From: Octopus vulgaris
Lineage: Eukaryota
DNA: 64,000 nucleotides
Direction of reading: 5' to 3'
NCBI GenBank assembly: GCA_951406725.2
Contig: OX597816.1
Span: 101,990,001 to 102,054,000 of the forward strand
In this document: positions 11,954 to 25,169 of the stretch, one piece after another
How the letters are laid out: each line of letters starts with the position of its first letter
How positions within the stretch are numbered: the stretch's first letter is position 1
Made by a program: the position numbers and the translations under genes
The notes under the pieces: generated by a model
Databases searched by the model: none
What the model saw: the letters and a program-made list of their open reading frames with translations, nothing else
Told to the model about the DNA's origin: nothing

Positions 11954-11984
<31 letters not shown>

Positions 11985-11987
<3 letters not shown>

Positions 11988-12110
11988 GGCTTTGGCTAAC
12001 CTGGGGAAATAGAAGAAGACACTTGCCCAAGGTGCTGCACCATGGGACTGAACCCAAATCAAGAGGTCGGGAAGCAAGCTTCTTTACCATACAGCCACAT
12101 TTGCACCTAT
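11985..12110 (-). mobile_element. Family A SINE head fragment
   Basis: Reverse strand TGGCTGTATGG...GGTTCAGTCCC...CTTGGGCAAGTGTCTTCT. Confidence 0.7.
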
Positions 12111-12648
12111 ACATAAATACATATATACATCCTTATACATATGTATGCATGTGTGTGTGTGTGTGTGTGTATTTATATATATGCATGTGTAAATATGTTT
12201 ATCTGTGTATCTCCTCTCTCTCCCTTTCTCCCTACACACACACACACATGAACATCATAGTCCAGTCGCAACAAAAACATAAACAATCCCCTATCTGACA
12301 ACTGATCTATTTATATGTCACAAAATCTAGGTGAAATCTAGAACAAAACACAGGCAACATCCATAACATAAATAACAGAATATAACTTGCTTCTTCGTTG
12401 TTTTTCTTTACTCAAGACTCTAGTATCAGTTGTTCCAATTTCTATAACCATTTTTTGTTATGCATGTGCTTTAGATTTAAAGGTAGATTTCAATTTATTT
12501 TTTTTATTATACATTATTATAGGTGTGAAGAACCATGCACACACACACACGCACACACATGCACGCACACACACACACACACATATGGCATCAGAGACAT
12601 GATCATACATAGAGACACAAATACATTCAGACATGCATGTGTGTGTGC

Positions 12649-12686
<38 letters not shown>

Positions 12687-12799
12687 AAACACAAAACAAA
12701 ATAAACATCTTCATCTTCAACCCCTAAACTCTCATATCAACATTCCCACAAATAGCAAAGCAAAATTACTTTGTAATAACAAAGTATTATTATAAAATA

Positions 12800-13135
12800 A
12801 CAGTATAGAATCATGTGAAGAATTTCTCAAAATTCTACATGGAACAGATACAGTTGGGAACCTTTTCAGCATGGCATTAAAAGTCTTTTTACAGACATCC
12901 TAGTGATGGAAACTGTCAACACAATCCGAAATAATATGTACCCACTACACCAGGGAGTATAATTAAAAGATTTTTAGAGACTTCTTTAGACCACTATGCA
13001 ATCTATGTACCCAGAGAGACAGTGTGACTATCACTTCCTCACTTGGGCCAACCTTTGTGGCAGTTTACATGCCTAACATGGAAAACAAAGTTATTCCCAA
13101 ACACCACCAAACTATCTGTATTGGGTATAAAAGGG
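12800..13135 (+). mobile_element. Penelope-like element reverse transcriptase fragment
   Basis: SIESCEEFLKIL...IKSLFTDILVMETVNTI (cf. DVESLFTNVP.ETI) and TQRDSVTITSSLGPTFVAVYMPNMENKV (cf. Q.DGVAMGSPLGPTFAN.YM..LE). Confidence 0.65.
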
Positions 13136-13154
13136 GGTACCCAAAGGACACAGG

Positions 13155-13385
13155 AATTTTGCAATGCTGCTCAGTTTTTGCCAAACTGTTCAGTTATGGG
13201 GATGTAAACACACCAACACTAGTTGTCAAGCAGTGGTGGGGGACAAACACAGACACAAACACACATGCACATACGACAGGCTTCTTTCAGTTTCCATCTA
13301 CAAAATCCAAAACTTTAGTTGGCCCAAGGCTATATAGAAGACACTTGTCCAAGGTTCCACACAGTGGAACTGAACCCAGAACCAA
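13155..13385 (-). mobile_element. Family A SINE, degenerate
   Basis: Similarity to 4192-4610 on the minus strand. Confidence 0.7.
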
Positions 13386-14520
13386 AGAGTGTGTTTCCTG
13401 CCTCTGGTTTGCTTGATCTGATACAAAAAATGCTTTCTGTCTCACTTTGTTTTGGCTTGAATATTTTTCTTCTTCTGTTGCTTTACACATGTTGTAATTA
13501 ACATAAATCTCTCATGATTCTCATTATGAATGCAGATCACGTTTATAGAGGACCATATAACTTGATGAAAGATCAATAATTCATATACTGTCATTGGTAG
13601 TATTGAGTTCATGGTCAAGATACTTAATACTCAATGACCCAGTCCATCAAGCTATAAGTAGACATCACAAGATATAATGGCTCAGAGTGAGCCACAAACT
13701 ATCAAGGGAACTCTTAAGTATTCATCTGATCAGCTAGAAATGGCAACCAAATTTCTCTCAAATTGCATTCTGCCTATTATCTTAAGGAAAGGACACATTA
13801 GATAATGTAGTTCTACACATCTCTAAAAAGATGTGCCGGTTATAGCTGGAAAACCTTTTCTTGTAGGTCTAATAAAGCAGGGTTGCTCTAGGGATAAGCA
13901 ACATCAACAGCAACAGTGCTGTACAACTGGTTTCCTATTAATCTTTAGGGGTAAGTTCAAGTCATCCTTGGAAACTAAGCCATAATAGAAGTCCAAAAAA
14001 TATGACTGTCTCTATCATCACCATTCCACCATCATCATCTTTCAGTGCTTCCCGCTAACCAACACTGGCATGCTCTTCATTTAATAGGACCTGGAAAGGC
14101 TGTGACCCCTATTTCTACATCTAAAATTAAGCATAAAAGGCACTATATCAGTGAGGTTAAGGTGATGGACTATTGATCACATGGTCATAAGTTCAACCAT
14201 TGCTGTAGGCACATAGTTGTTCCCTTGAGCAAGATACATTACTCTTCTTGTTCAGATTTGTCTTTTGACATAAAATATATTCAACTCCTACATCACAGAT
14301 GAGTGTTTAATAGTAAACACAACATCAATTTGTACAAACAATTTTTCTAACATAAAAATTATCTCATCCACAAAAACCATAGAAAAAATGAATGTAATAT
14401 AGCAAGAAAAAGTTGAGTCTATGCATGTGCATGTATACTTAAATATGCTTGTATTTGTACTATTTTGCATTATGTGTAAGTGTGTATTATGTGCATACAT
14501 GTATGTTTGCCATGCATATG

Positions 14521-14557
<37 letters not shown>

Positions 14558-14736
14558 TTGTGTGTGTGTATGGTTGTGCGTGAGTGTGTGCATGCAAGCG
14601 TACATGCGTGTGTGTATGCAAGAGAGTTAGCATATGAATGCAGGCAGTCTGAATGGTTACAAAATCCATTTTTCAATCATATGATCTTGGGTTTGATCTC
14701 ACTGGCAATGTTAATTTAATTGATATTTTTTATGAA

Positions 14737-15065
14737 GGTGCATGTCTCAGTGGTTAGAACGTCAGGCTCACACTCATGAAGTAGTGAGTTTGATTCCCGG
14801 ACTGGGCTGTGTGTTTTGTTCTTCAGCAAAATACTTTATTTCACATTGCTTCAGTTTACTCAGCTGTAGAAATGAGTTGTTATATCACTGGTGCCAAGCT
14901 ATAATAGCCTTTGCCTTTCCCTTGGATAAAGAGAGGAGAGGCTGCTATACATGGGCAACTGCTGGTCTTCCATAAACAACCTTGCCTAGAGTTGTACCCC
15001 AGAGAATAACTTTCTAAGTGCGATCCCATGGTTGTTCATGATCCAAAGGAGTCTTTACCCCTTTA
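14737..15065 (+). mobile_element. tRNA-derived SINE ('family D')
   Basis: A box TGTCTCAGTGG, B box GTTTGATTCCC, central CACATTGCTTCAGTTTACTCAGCTGTAGAAATGAG; relatives at about 30170-30430, 42470-42725 (-) and 46660-46890. Confidence 0.65.
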
Positions 15066-16748
15066 AAGTGGTATTAGGGTAAATCTATCTTTGATTTAGG
15101 TCAACCCAAACCTTGTGAGTGAAACTGAGACAATGGTAAGAAACAATGAGGTAGTTATCAGGTGGGCCATTCCAGTAAGTCAAAGTATCACGCCTCACAC
15201 ACATGTTGAGTTTACTTCAGGATTACATTAGCAGAACACATATCTGTGAAATACTCGCCCATTTACATTATAATTTAATGAATAATTCAGGTAATTTAGT
15301 TAATCAAACAAGTGGAAAGCTTACTGTCAGAAACCACCCAACCCCTCCAAAGCATCCATCATGTTGGTACGTGTGTATAGTGATGTGTTTATGCTTTTAA
15401 GAATGCATGTTTGAATTGTGTTTATATGTGAATGTGTATGTGTGGAGGTTCTAATGTGTGCTACTTTTAATGTGTGGTATTGTGTATGCGTATTTTGAAT
15501 ACATGAATGTTTTTAAGTGTGTATGCATATGTATATGTTTGCATATTTACACCTATGTATAATATACATGTATAATGTGATATATATATATATATATATA
15601 TATAATACATCATCATCATCGTTTAATGTCCGCTTTCCATGCTAGCATAAGCATGCATAAATGTACAAGTGTTTGTGTGTGTGCAGTGGTGCTGCAAATT
15701 TATAGTGATCAGTTATCTAGCTGTTTGTGCATATTGTGTGCATGTACATCTGTCTGTATGTGTGAGTGTGTGGATGTCTGTTTGTGTGTGATGTGATCAG
15801 GTGAGGTAAGAAATCAGCTGAATCATTTAAGAGACATCAGATGTTGTTTGTTGGCAGCTGAGTCTGAGGTGTTAGGGACATGTGATAGCAGTGATAGTGA
15901 TGGTAGTGTCAGTAGTGGTGGTGTTGTTGGTGGTGATAGTGGTGATTGAGGCAGTGGTGATAGTAGCAGTAGTAGTGCTGATGGAAAAAGTGATGGTTTT
16001 ATTGGTAATGATTCTGACTACAGTATATGTGGAGATAGTGGTTGTTTTTTAGCTCTGGTTCAACCCTGATTGAGCAGACCTATGTTCAAAGACAGTCCAA
16101 CTATGGCCATCATGTTTTTTTAAAAATATCTTGGACTTCATTACCTAAAGTGTTCTTCTTAGCTCTTTTTAAGTGCCACCATCATTGCCACTACCACCAG
16201 CACCACCAACATCACCACCATTACTATTACCACCACCACCAACAACAACAACATTACCAACAACACCAATATCAACACCACCAGCACCAACCTCATCAAT
16301 ATCAGTACCACCACCAGCAACACCAACAATACCAACACAACCTATATTTAACACCTCCACCACTACCGTCATCATTATCAATAGTGTTGGCGTCAGCACT
16401 GGTATCATCATGAGCATTTTGTTCATTAGAAATTCACCAACAAAACATCAGCTTCATAAATGTTATCATCATCATCATCATCAGCTCCATCTTCATCATT
16501 GTTATCTCTGTCCTCAGCACCACCACTACCCCTATTACCACTCAACATTATCTGTTAATCCAACAAGAGAACACATTTCTACAATCAGCTGATCTGCTAG
16601 AAATAGTAACAAAATGTGCTTCAAACCATGCTCAGCTTTCTTTAAAAAAAAATAATAAATGAGAACACAACGTACAATGAAGGCCAATTTAATCCATTCC
16701 AGGATTAAAAAAAAAAAATTGAATGGCCATGGCTTGAATGTTTTTGAT

Positions 16749-17014
16749 CAGAGGCATGCAACCTTTTCTTGAGAATCAGGCTTCATGAAACATGACTCAT
16801 CATCAAACATGCTAAATCATCATCATCATCATCATCGTTTAACATCCGCTTTCCATGCTAGCATGGGTTGGACAGTTTGACTGAGATCTGACGAACCAGA
16901 TGGCTGCACCAGACTCCAATCTGATCTGGCAGAGTTTCTACAGCTGGATGTCCTTCCTAACGCCAACCACTCTGCTATTCAGAAGATTTTGTGGGCTCCA
17001 GGTTGCCTATGACT
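16749..17014. mobile_element. Degenerate hAT-like MITE interrupted by an RTE 3' tail (16816-16975, minus)
   Basis: Ends CAGAGGCATGCAACCT and AGGTTGCCTATGACTG; inner (CAT)n-CCATGCTAGCATGGGTTGGAC. Confidence 0.5.
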
Positions 17015-18381
17015 GATTTAGAATCAAATGGAGAGATTGTCAAATCAAGATTTCATAAGGCTGTTTGAGTCAAGAGTTTTGTATTGTCTTCAGGAAGTAA
17101 ATGCGATGGAGATGATGATGTTGATGTGTGTCATCTCATAATAACACTTCATCTGATATTTGATTTCTAAAATGTTTTCTGAACTAGGTTCATTCTCCCA
17201 ACAAAAGAATATCCTTGATTCTTATGGATTTAAGCATGTGAGAGAAATTTGCTCTTGTTTGACCACAAGTCAGCTCTCATCAAGCAGAGCTATGATCAAA
17301 GCATTCCAGCTATGGCCATCCCATCATTTTCCTATTATATAACACTACTCTTTCTAAAATTGTAGGGTGTGATTTTAGGGCTATTTGGTAGCAATTTTTT
17401 GTAGGCTCAGCAACCCCTTAGAAACATTCTCATTAGCTCAGATAGCAGTCATGATTCCATTTCTAAACCATGAGTGACCTCATCCAAATCTATGCTATCA
17501 TACTTAAGTTTCTCTTCTATACCCCCACCCTTTTTTTTCTTTTGTGCTATTCTATCCAATATTACAAGACGGTAAATTAGTAGAACTTCTAGAGTATACA
17601 GCAAAAAAACAAAAAAACAAAAAAAACTTGATTTACTTGTTCCAGCTCTCTGCACTCTCAATTTAAATCATACCAATGTCAGCTTTATCTTCACCCTATC
17701 AGGCTTGATAAAATAAAGTTCACACCAATCAATATGCCAATCCAGGGAAATGGATTGGCCAGTCCAGAGTGGATTGATGGAATTGATGGAATTGTTAGAC
17801 AAGATGTTTTGTGGCATTTATTCAGGCTGTTAGCATTTTGTGTTCTTTGTTGGTAAATTTAACCCTTTCCCAGTTTAACACCTCTTAATATGGTCCTCGA
17901 GTTCCTTTAGTGAATTTTATTCTGTTGCAAACATTTTAACCTAATCTCTGGTTTGAGTATAACTATCTCCCTCCAGTCGCTGAGGCTCATACAAAAGAAG
18001 TGGTAAGGTTATGTACTCTACTCTTTCCTGACTAATCAGTTACAAAAAAAAATATCCTGAAGCATAAAATGGTAACTACAATTATGACTGTTGAAGATTA
18101 GGTTCTTCATTTACTCTAACAACTAATATTGATTTATAGGCAGGACAGTTTTGACAGTCATTTTACTCCCAAAGAGCATTACTTATAGGTGAACAGTAAG
18201 AGTCAGAATTGTGAATTGAAACCAGATAATCAGTTTTGACATGCTAGGTATTTGCCACTATCTTGTACTACTCCCTGTATGCATAGGGCTGGTGAAGATA
18301 ATCAAGAACACTAAATAAATTTTAATTTACAAATTTAAATCAGCTGTAGTAATGTAAACATTATTGGCCACACATATACAC

Positions 18382-18507
18382 TGTGTTTTGCTTAAATGCC
18401 CATTTGCTGTGAAATATCATCCAAGGAAAGCTCCCTGCAGTCAGTGTCATGTAGGGAGCTTGCCCTGGATGCTATCCTGCAGCAAATGGGCATTTAAACA
18501 AAACACA
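18382..18507. mobile_element. Fold-back MITE: 58-bp arms, 10-nt loop, TGT...ACA ends, TACAC flanking repeat
   Basis: Arms match 49/58 by manual alignment; TACAC at 18377-18381 and 18508-18512. Confidence 0.7.
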
Positions 18508-19318
18508 TACACTATTACACTGATTACAAACTGATTACAAACATTGTATTTGTAGTAGGCAAAATAGTTAATAAATTCACTTCACAATCATGAGATCCTG
18601 AGATTGATTCCACTTCACAACCTCAAGTTAACCAATATCTTGTGAATGGTATTAGGTAGAAAGAAACTGAATAGAAGCCTATCAGATGGATTGTAACTAC
18701 AATTCTATGTTCTAATTTTATAATACAGTATCATGCTGATTCCAGCTGTGAAGAATTACATCAAGAGTACATATCTCTGTGAAATATTCAACCCCATACA
18801 TTCTAATTCAATAAACCTGGTAGTTCAACTGATGGAACAACTGCAAACTCAAACACAGAAATTCTAAGTTCCATTTATTTTTAGCAATGCCTTCATAGGC
18901 GCGATTGAATTTTCTTATGAGTTGACATTTGTTGCATACAGCTCTTCGTTTTCATTGAGTAAATATAATGATTTCTTTGGACCATAAAGGAATTTACAAA
19001 TCTTAGTAGAGATAGGCTATTGTTGATTGAATGAACCTCAATGAGTTTTACTATTGCTGGTATATTAAGGTAGAGGTAGATGCATTAGGTAGTGTTATTC
19101 TACACACACTATGCCTGCATAAAAAGTTAATAAATAAATAAAAACACAGGAATTAAAAAAATTAGAAGCTAATCATGGCTGGAATGTCTTTAATCATAAC
19201 TGTTTGACTGCCTGGAGCAATGACGACGACAACAACAACAATAACAAGCAGGAAAGTAAAAGTAAAACAAAACAAGAAAACATTTAAGCATGACATTAAA
19301 CTGATACAAAGTTTTAAG

Positions 19319-19319
<1 letters not shown>

Positions 19320-19366
<47 letters not shown>

Positions 19367-19444
19367 ATGTGTAAGTATGTATGTATGTATGTATGTATGT
19401 ATGTATGTATGTATGTATGTATCTGAGTGTATGTATATATATAT

Positions 19445-19496
<52 letters not shown>

Positions 19497-19675
19497 TCAT
19501 AGTTAGATAGATAGATAAATAGATTCATAGATACATAGATAGGTAGGTAGGTAGATAGGTAGATAGATAGATAGATAGATAGATAGGTAGGTAGGTAGGT
19601 AGGTAGGTAGATAGACAGACAGACAGACAGACAGGCAGGCAGGCAGGCAGATAGATAGACAGATAGATAGATATA
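19320..19675. repeat. Compound microsatellite (TA)(TATG)(AG)(AGAT)(AGGT)(AGAC)(AGGC)
   Basis: Direct reading. Confidence 0.95.
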
Positions 19676-20019
19676 AAGCAGTGCTAAGAAAACAAGGCTG
19701 CTGAGTGTAAATGTTATATAAACTTTCTGTAGAAGCTGGTAAATTGCTACAACTGAATGTGTGTACTAAAGGAGGTAAAGAGTGAAGCATGGTGAGCTGA
19801 ACATCACTTTATAAAATAAATATCATATGTTTAAATCACAGTATACAGCGTTTAATATAAAGTTATTATTAGCATATATTTTTGGATTTAATTCACCACA
19901 CTCCTGACAGAAATGTAATTAATTACCTTCTATGCTATTTTTTATATCTAGCACCTCCTCCCATTGCTGTAGATATTACCATTTTGAAATGAAATATACA
20001 AAGCAGGATATTTGCAAAC

Positions 20020-20065
<46 letters not shown>

Positions 20066-20097
20066 ATATATATATATATATATCTGTACACACACAC

Positions 20098-20245
20098 ATC
20101 ATCATCATCATCATCATCATTTAACGTCCGCTTTCCATGCTAGCATGGGTTGGACGGTTCAACTGGGGTCTGGGGAGCCCGAAAGCTGCACCAGTCCAGT
20201 CAGATCTGGCAGTGTTTCTACAGCTGGATGCCCTTCCTAACGCCA
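20098..20245 (-). mobile_element. RTE 3' tail fragment
   Basis: (CAT)n then TTTAACGTCCGCTTTCCATGCTAGCATGGGTTGGACGG; similar copies at 15609, 24715, 38780, 54733 and 58330. Confidence 0.8.
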
Positions 20246-20298
20246 TATATGTATATATATGTATGTATACGTGTGTATATATATGTATATATATATAT

Positions 20299-20401
20299 AT
20301 TCTCCGCAACATTTGCAGGCACAGCATGGTAAGCCCCATACAAACATTAATTATAAGACTGTGGGGCTTTCCATGCTGTGCCTGTAAAAGTTGCGGAGAA
20401 T
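20299..20401. repeat. Hairpin: 42-bp arms, 19-nt loop
   Basis: 20299-20340 vs 20360-20401, 38/42 Watson-Crick pairs. Confidence 0.9.
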
Positions 20402-20601
20402 GGAGGGCCAAGAGAAAACAATACATAGATAACAAGCAATACAGAAGTGGACATAGGAAAGTGAATGAATGTAATTTAGGATGAAATAAATAAGAGAAGA
20501 GCAAAATATAGCCTCAGTGCCAAAAGGACACAAATGACGGGTAACGCTTAGAGAGTCATCCTAAAGGGTAGAAATAGCAAGACACATCTATGTATGTAGA
20601 C

Positions 20602-20643
<42 letters not shown>

Positions 20644-20671
20644 TTGTATATGTATATATATGTATGTATAC

Positions 20672-20715
<44 letters not shown>

Positions 20716-21044
20716 CATATAGCTGCACAGATCTGTCAGAGTTGCCAATAACTGAACCTGACCAAAATGTATGCCGGGGTATGAAACATTCTTGTAGATG
20801 CTTGTTCAATGTTCATGTATTGCTGAATTGAAGGTTTATGTCAAAGAGTTATTATCACCATGTGCAAGATGGATCCAACTATCAACTAATTCATGCATGA
20901 AGATTTATCCACAAAAGATATTTGATGTTGAAGGGTACTTTGATCTTACTCAGGTGCTAGCTTCTCAATCAAATAATTCTAAGAACTGACTCAAACTGTT
21001 ACAACCAGTTCTGCCTATGCCTGCATGGAAAGTGGGTTTAAAAT

Positions 21045-21080
21045 GATGTTGTGTGTGTATGCATGTGTGTGTGTGTATGT

Positions 21081-21123
<43 letters not shown>

Positions 21124-21149
21124 TGTGCACGCGCACGCGCGTGTGTGTG

Positions 21150-21187
<38 letters not shown>

Positions 21188-21220
21188 TGTGTGTGTGTGT
21201 GTGTGTGTGTGAGTGTGTGT
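21045..21220. repeat. (TG)n microsatellite
   Basis: Direct reading. Confidence 0.95.
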
Positions 21221-21918
21221 GGAAATGAAGAAATGATACAGAGAGATTCTTACAATGCAAAGAAATATTGCTTCAAGCAAACTACTCTGCTCTTCTTCAT
21301 GTGTGTGTGTGTAAATGCACTTGCACATACACACAAACACACATGCATGCATAATATATGTATGTGTGTCTTGTTGTATGTATATATGTGTATGCATATG
21401 TAGAAATGAACTGAGTAGATAAATCCTTAGACTATATATTCTTCAGTTATCCATTCAAATCCACTACAAGTATTTCATTGTTTTTCTTGTATGAAGAAGC
21501 TGTTATTTTATGAACCCATCAAAAATAGATCACAGCTTTCCCACAGAAATTAAAATTGAACATCAGTTACATAACTTCATTAATCTCACTATTTTGTGTG
21601 GGTCTGTAAAGGCCATACTCATTGCCACCCCCTACTTTCCCTCTAAAGATTGAAATATCAGAAAAGAAGAAAAAAAGAGAAAAGAAAATGAGATAAGAAG
21701 GTACTCTTTATACAATGTGGCTGCTTGACCTACTAGCAATAGCAACCAAATCTCAAATACATCCTACCATCTTGAGAAAAAAGGACACTTTGGATAATGT
21801 AATTTGCCTTAAAAAGATGGGATGGTCACAGCTTGATTACTTTTGATAATAGGACTTTTCAATGGCAACAGTAATAATGTGAAAGAAGAAAATCTTATAC
21901 AAATAAATAGACGTGCAT

Positions 21919-21952
<34 letters not shown>

Positions 21953-21999
21953 CGCACAAACACATGCATGCACGCACACACACTCACACACACACATAT

Positions 22000-22401
22000 T
22001 TTTGTTCTTCTGTGAGCAAGCAATGCACAATTTTTGCAGCAATTCCTTGCTCAAAATTCATTGGCAGGAGCTTCAGGACAACCAGTCATATCAACAAGTT
22101 TGTCAATTGTTTGGGGATGGCCCTCCAAGATCCATGACAACTGTTTCAGCAACCATTTTCCCCAGCAGAAAACAGAATTTCAAAGAAGTATGCTGTTCCT
22201 TCATTTCAGCCATTGCAAAAATCGTCAAACAGGGAAGAAGCACTTCAAAACAAAGGCGCACCACATAGCAGTACATTTTCACCCAACCATGCCAGTCAGC
22301 AGACTGAGGGTTGCATCAAGTGGCTTCTAGCAACAGAAGCCTGAGCCACAAGGGGTTTGTCCCACAGAGAACGTTTCTGGTTACTTTTGGGTAGCTCCTT
22401 G
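22000..22401 (-). mobile_element. 5' part of an internally deleted mariner element
   Basis: TIR-like TA-CAAGGAGCTACCCAAAAGTAACCAGAA; MAEMKEQHTSLKFCFLLGKMVAETVVM then ILEGHPQTIDKLVDMTG..SSCQ.ILSKEL..AAKIVHCLLTEEQK. Confidence 0.75.
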
Positions 22402-22479
22402 TACGTGTTTGTAAGTAAATAATTTATAAGTTTGTGTGTGTGTGTGTGTGCATGCATATGTGTATGTGTGTGTGTGAGT

Positions 22480-22510
<31 letters not shown>

Positions 22511-22699
22511 CGTGTGTGTGTGCATGCATAACAATGTATATATTTTATTGTAGGTACTGGAAAGTTCAGTGTCTTACATGACTAGTAGTACTGTCTCAGA
22601 CTGTGAAGTATTGACCTTTCCAATACTCACAAAAAAAATGTTAGTCTGTGAAGATATTGAGTATTCTCCTTCTTAGAGGTTGCCATACCTAATGCCCAA

Positions 22700-23640
22700 T
22701 ACCACTGATAATAAGAAATTAAAGGGCTTTTTAGGGTCATGCAAAGTTTAATTTGCCTTTGATTTGGCATTCAAATAAGAAAGTATGGATGACTAAGAAC
22801 CTTTTCCAAATGTAGCTTACAAAGATTTTTTTCCTGTCCTGCTATAGAAAGATACAGTACTATGCATAAGTTTTACAATAAAGCATTTCTCCTTTTATTC
22901 AATATACCAAACCATCCAGTGAACTTGAATGAGCTTTCTGATAATGTGAGAGTAGAATATAACCCCTAACATACAACTTCTTTACTCTAGCCAATAGATC
23001 AAGATATAAAAGCTAACTTCAAGGTATATTATCTGAGAAGAACTTTCAAACAACTTATGAAAGTAATTAACAGGAGGATAAACCTACAATTAGAGACTCC
23101 TGGAAGAAGTTTGACATAATGGATGTTGTACATAACATAGCTGAGCCATGAGATGGAATGAAACCTTCAATTTGAACAGTGCTTGGAAAAATATTTGACC
23201 AGACTGTATCCATGACTTTACAACTTTTCCACAAACAGAAAGTCTGCATCAAATTCGAAAAGATATTGCAATACTTACAATTCAAGTGGGTTTGAAGAAA
23301 TTATAATGGATGATGCAAGATTGAGTTGTTAGTATCTCATAGGTAATGTTTATTTAACAAGGAGCTGATGCTGTTAGAACAAGAGTAAGTTAAAAATACA
23401 GGTGAGAATATAGAAATTTAACAAAAAATATTACTAAAAGATTGGAATTTATAGAGCAAAGTCTGCAAGTCTTTGCTGATAACAACCCTAACCATGAATA
23501 TAGCATGAAAATTCCGAAAGAAGCTTACGAGCTCAGTTTCTACACAGAGCTGTACACAGTATTGACATCCCATAAACATCAAACAATTTCAGGTAAGTTC
23601 TTTACCCTTCAAGTAGACATTGATGATGATAAACTATAAG
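22700..23640 (+). mobile_element. Decayed pogo/Tigger-like transposase (DDE_1 region)
   Basis: WHSNKKVWMTKNLF; TTSLL*PIDQDIKANFKVYYLRRTFKQL; IRDSWKKFDIMDVVHNIAE; LNSAWKNI*PDCIHDF. Confidence 0.75.
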
Positions 23641-23982
23641 ATAGAGAATAGTGCCTCTTATCCTCCCAGCACCTCTCCATCTGCTACCACCATCATCCCT
23701 CACACAGTAGTCAACAGCTTTTGTGATACCCTATTACAATATTATGGTTCTTATTTATTCCCGGATGAATTTTTCTTCAAATGTTTTTATGTTTTCATAT
23801 TGTACAGTATATATTTAGAAATTGTTATTTTCATGCTTAACAGTGCTTATTTGTTGCTGCTTATTTGTTGCTGTTGTTGTCTATGTTTCTCAAAAACAAA
23901 AATATCCTATGCAATGCATTATCACTTTATAACATCAGAATCAATGAGAAAATTAATTTCATGTGACAAGTCTTTCTGAAAA

Positions 23983-24053
<71 letters not shown>

Positions 24054-24114
24054 TACACACACACACACACACATAAACACACACACATACACACACACAT
24101 GAATAATGCCTGGT

Positions 24115-24476
24115 GCTTTGCCATACTCAAGAAGACCCATATTCTGCAGCAGAAGTGTTAAGAACAGTCCCTCTGGTGTCATAAAGCACCCGTGCAGTGC
24201 CATGTAAAAGTGCCTGTGTGGTGCCACATAAAAGCATCCATTTGGGGGCCACATAAAAGTGTCCATGTAACACAACATAAAAGTGCCTGTGTGGTACCAT
24301 GTAAAAGCACCTAGCACACTCTGTAATGTGGTTGGTGTTAGGAAGGGCATCCAGCAGTAGAGACCATGCCGAATCAGACTGGAGTCTGGTACAACTCCCC
24401 AGCTTGCCAGCCCTGGTCAAACTATCCAGCCCATGCCAGTATGGACAATGGATGTTAAATAACAAGGATGATGATG
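24115..24476 (+). mobile_element. RTE 3' end with about six copies of a ~23-bp internal repeat
   Basis: Units GGTGCCACATAAAAGCACC-like at 24175-24312, then the GGAAGGGCATCCAG tail and (GAT)n. Confidence 0.7.
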
Positions 24477-24652
24477 GCCATATTTCATTTCGTAACGGCT
24501 ACCTCTGATGAGTGCAAAGATACGTTATCAGATTGTTACCTAACTCTCTGTTTGAATCTCTAATGCAAAACCAATTGGTAAGATTGCCTGTAATGGATAT
24601 ATAATACTGTACACTTTGAATAATATATGTATGTATATAGGCATATAAATAA

Positions 24653-24940
<288 letters not shown>

Positions 24941-25068
24941 TACTTATGAATGTATATATGTATATGTCTGAATGTCTTCTTTTTGATACACAAATATCCT
25001 TTGGATGGCAAAGAACAAAAGCAAAAGCAAGAAGTAAAGGACAAATAAAAAAAAATAAGTATACATAC

Positions 25069-25169
25069 CTGTAGAAAATAATCCCACGATCAGAAAGTTA
25101 ACTTCCAGTATTGCTGCAATCAAAGAAATTGTAGAAGAAGCTTGCAGGAGAGTAATTTCATTCTGATTA
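25069..25169 (-). other. Candidate 101-nt exon
   Basis: Acceptor ttttgattttcattagttattacag, donor CAG|gtatgt; one open frame NQNEITLLQASSTISLIAAILEVNFLIVGLFST. Confidence 0.3.

Noticed and set aside
22002-22330. Three plus-strand ORFs in a GC-richer island
   Set aside because: Explained by mariner sequence on the minus strand
24175-24312. Short regularly spaced repeats, superficially CRISPR-like
   Set aside because: No unique spacers, no cas genes, eukaryotic DNA; it is an RTE 3' UTR minisatellite
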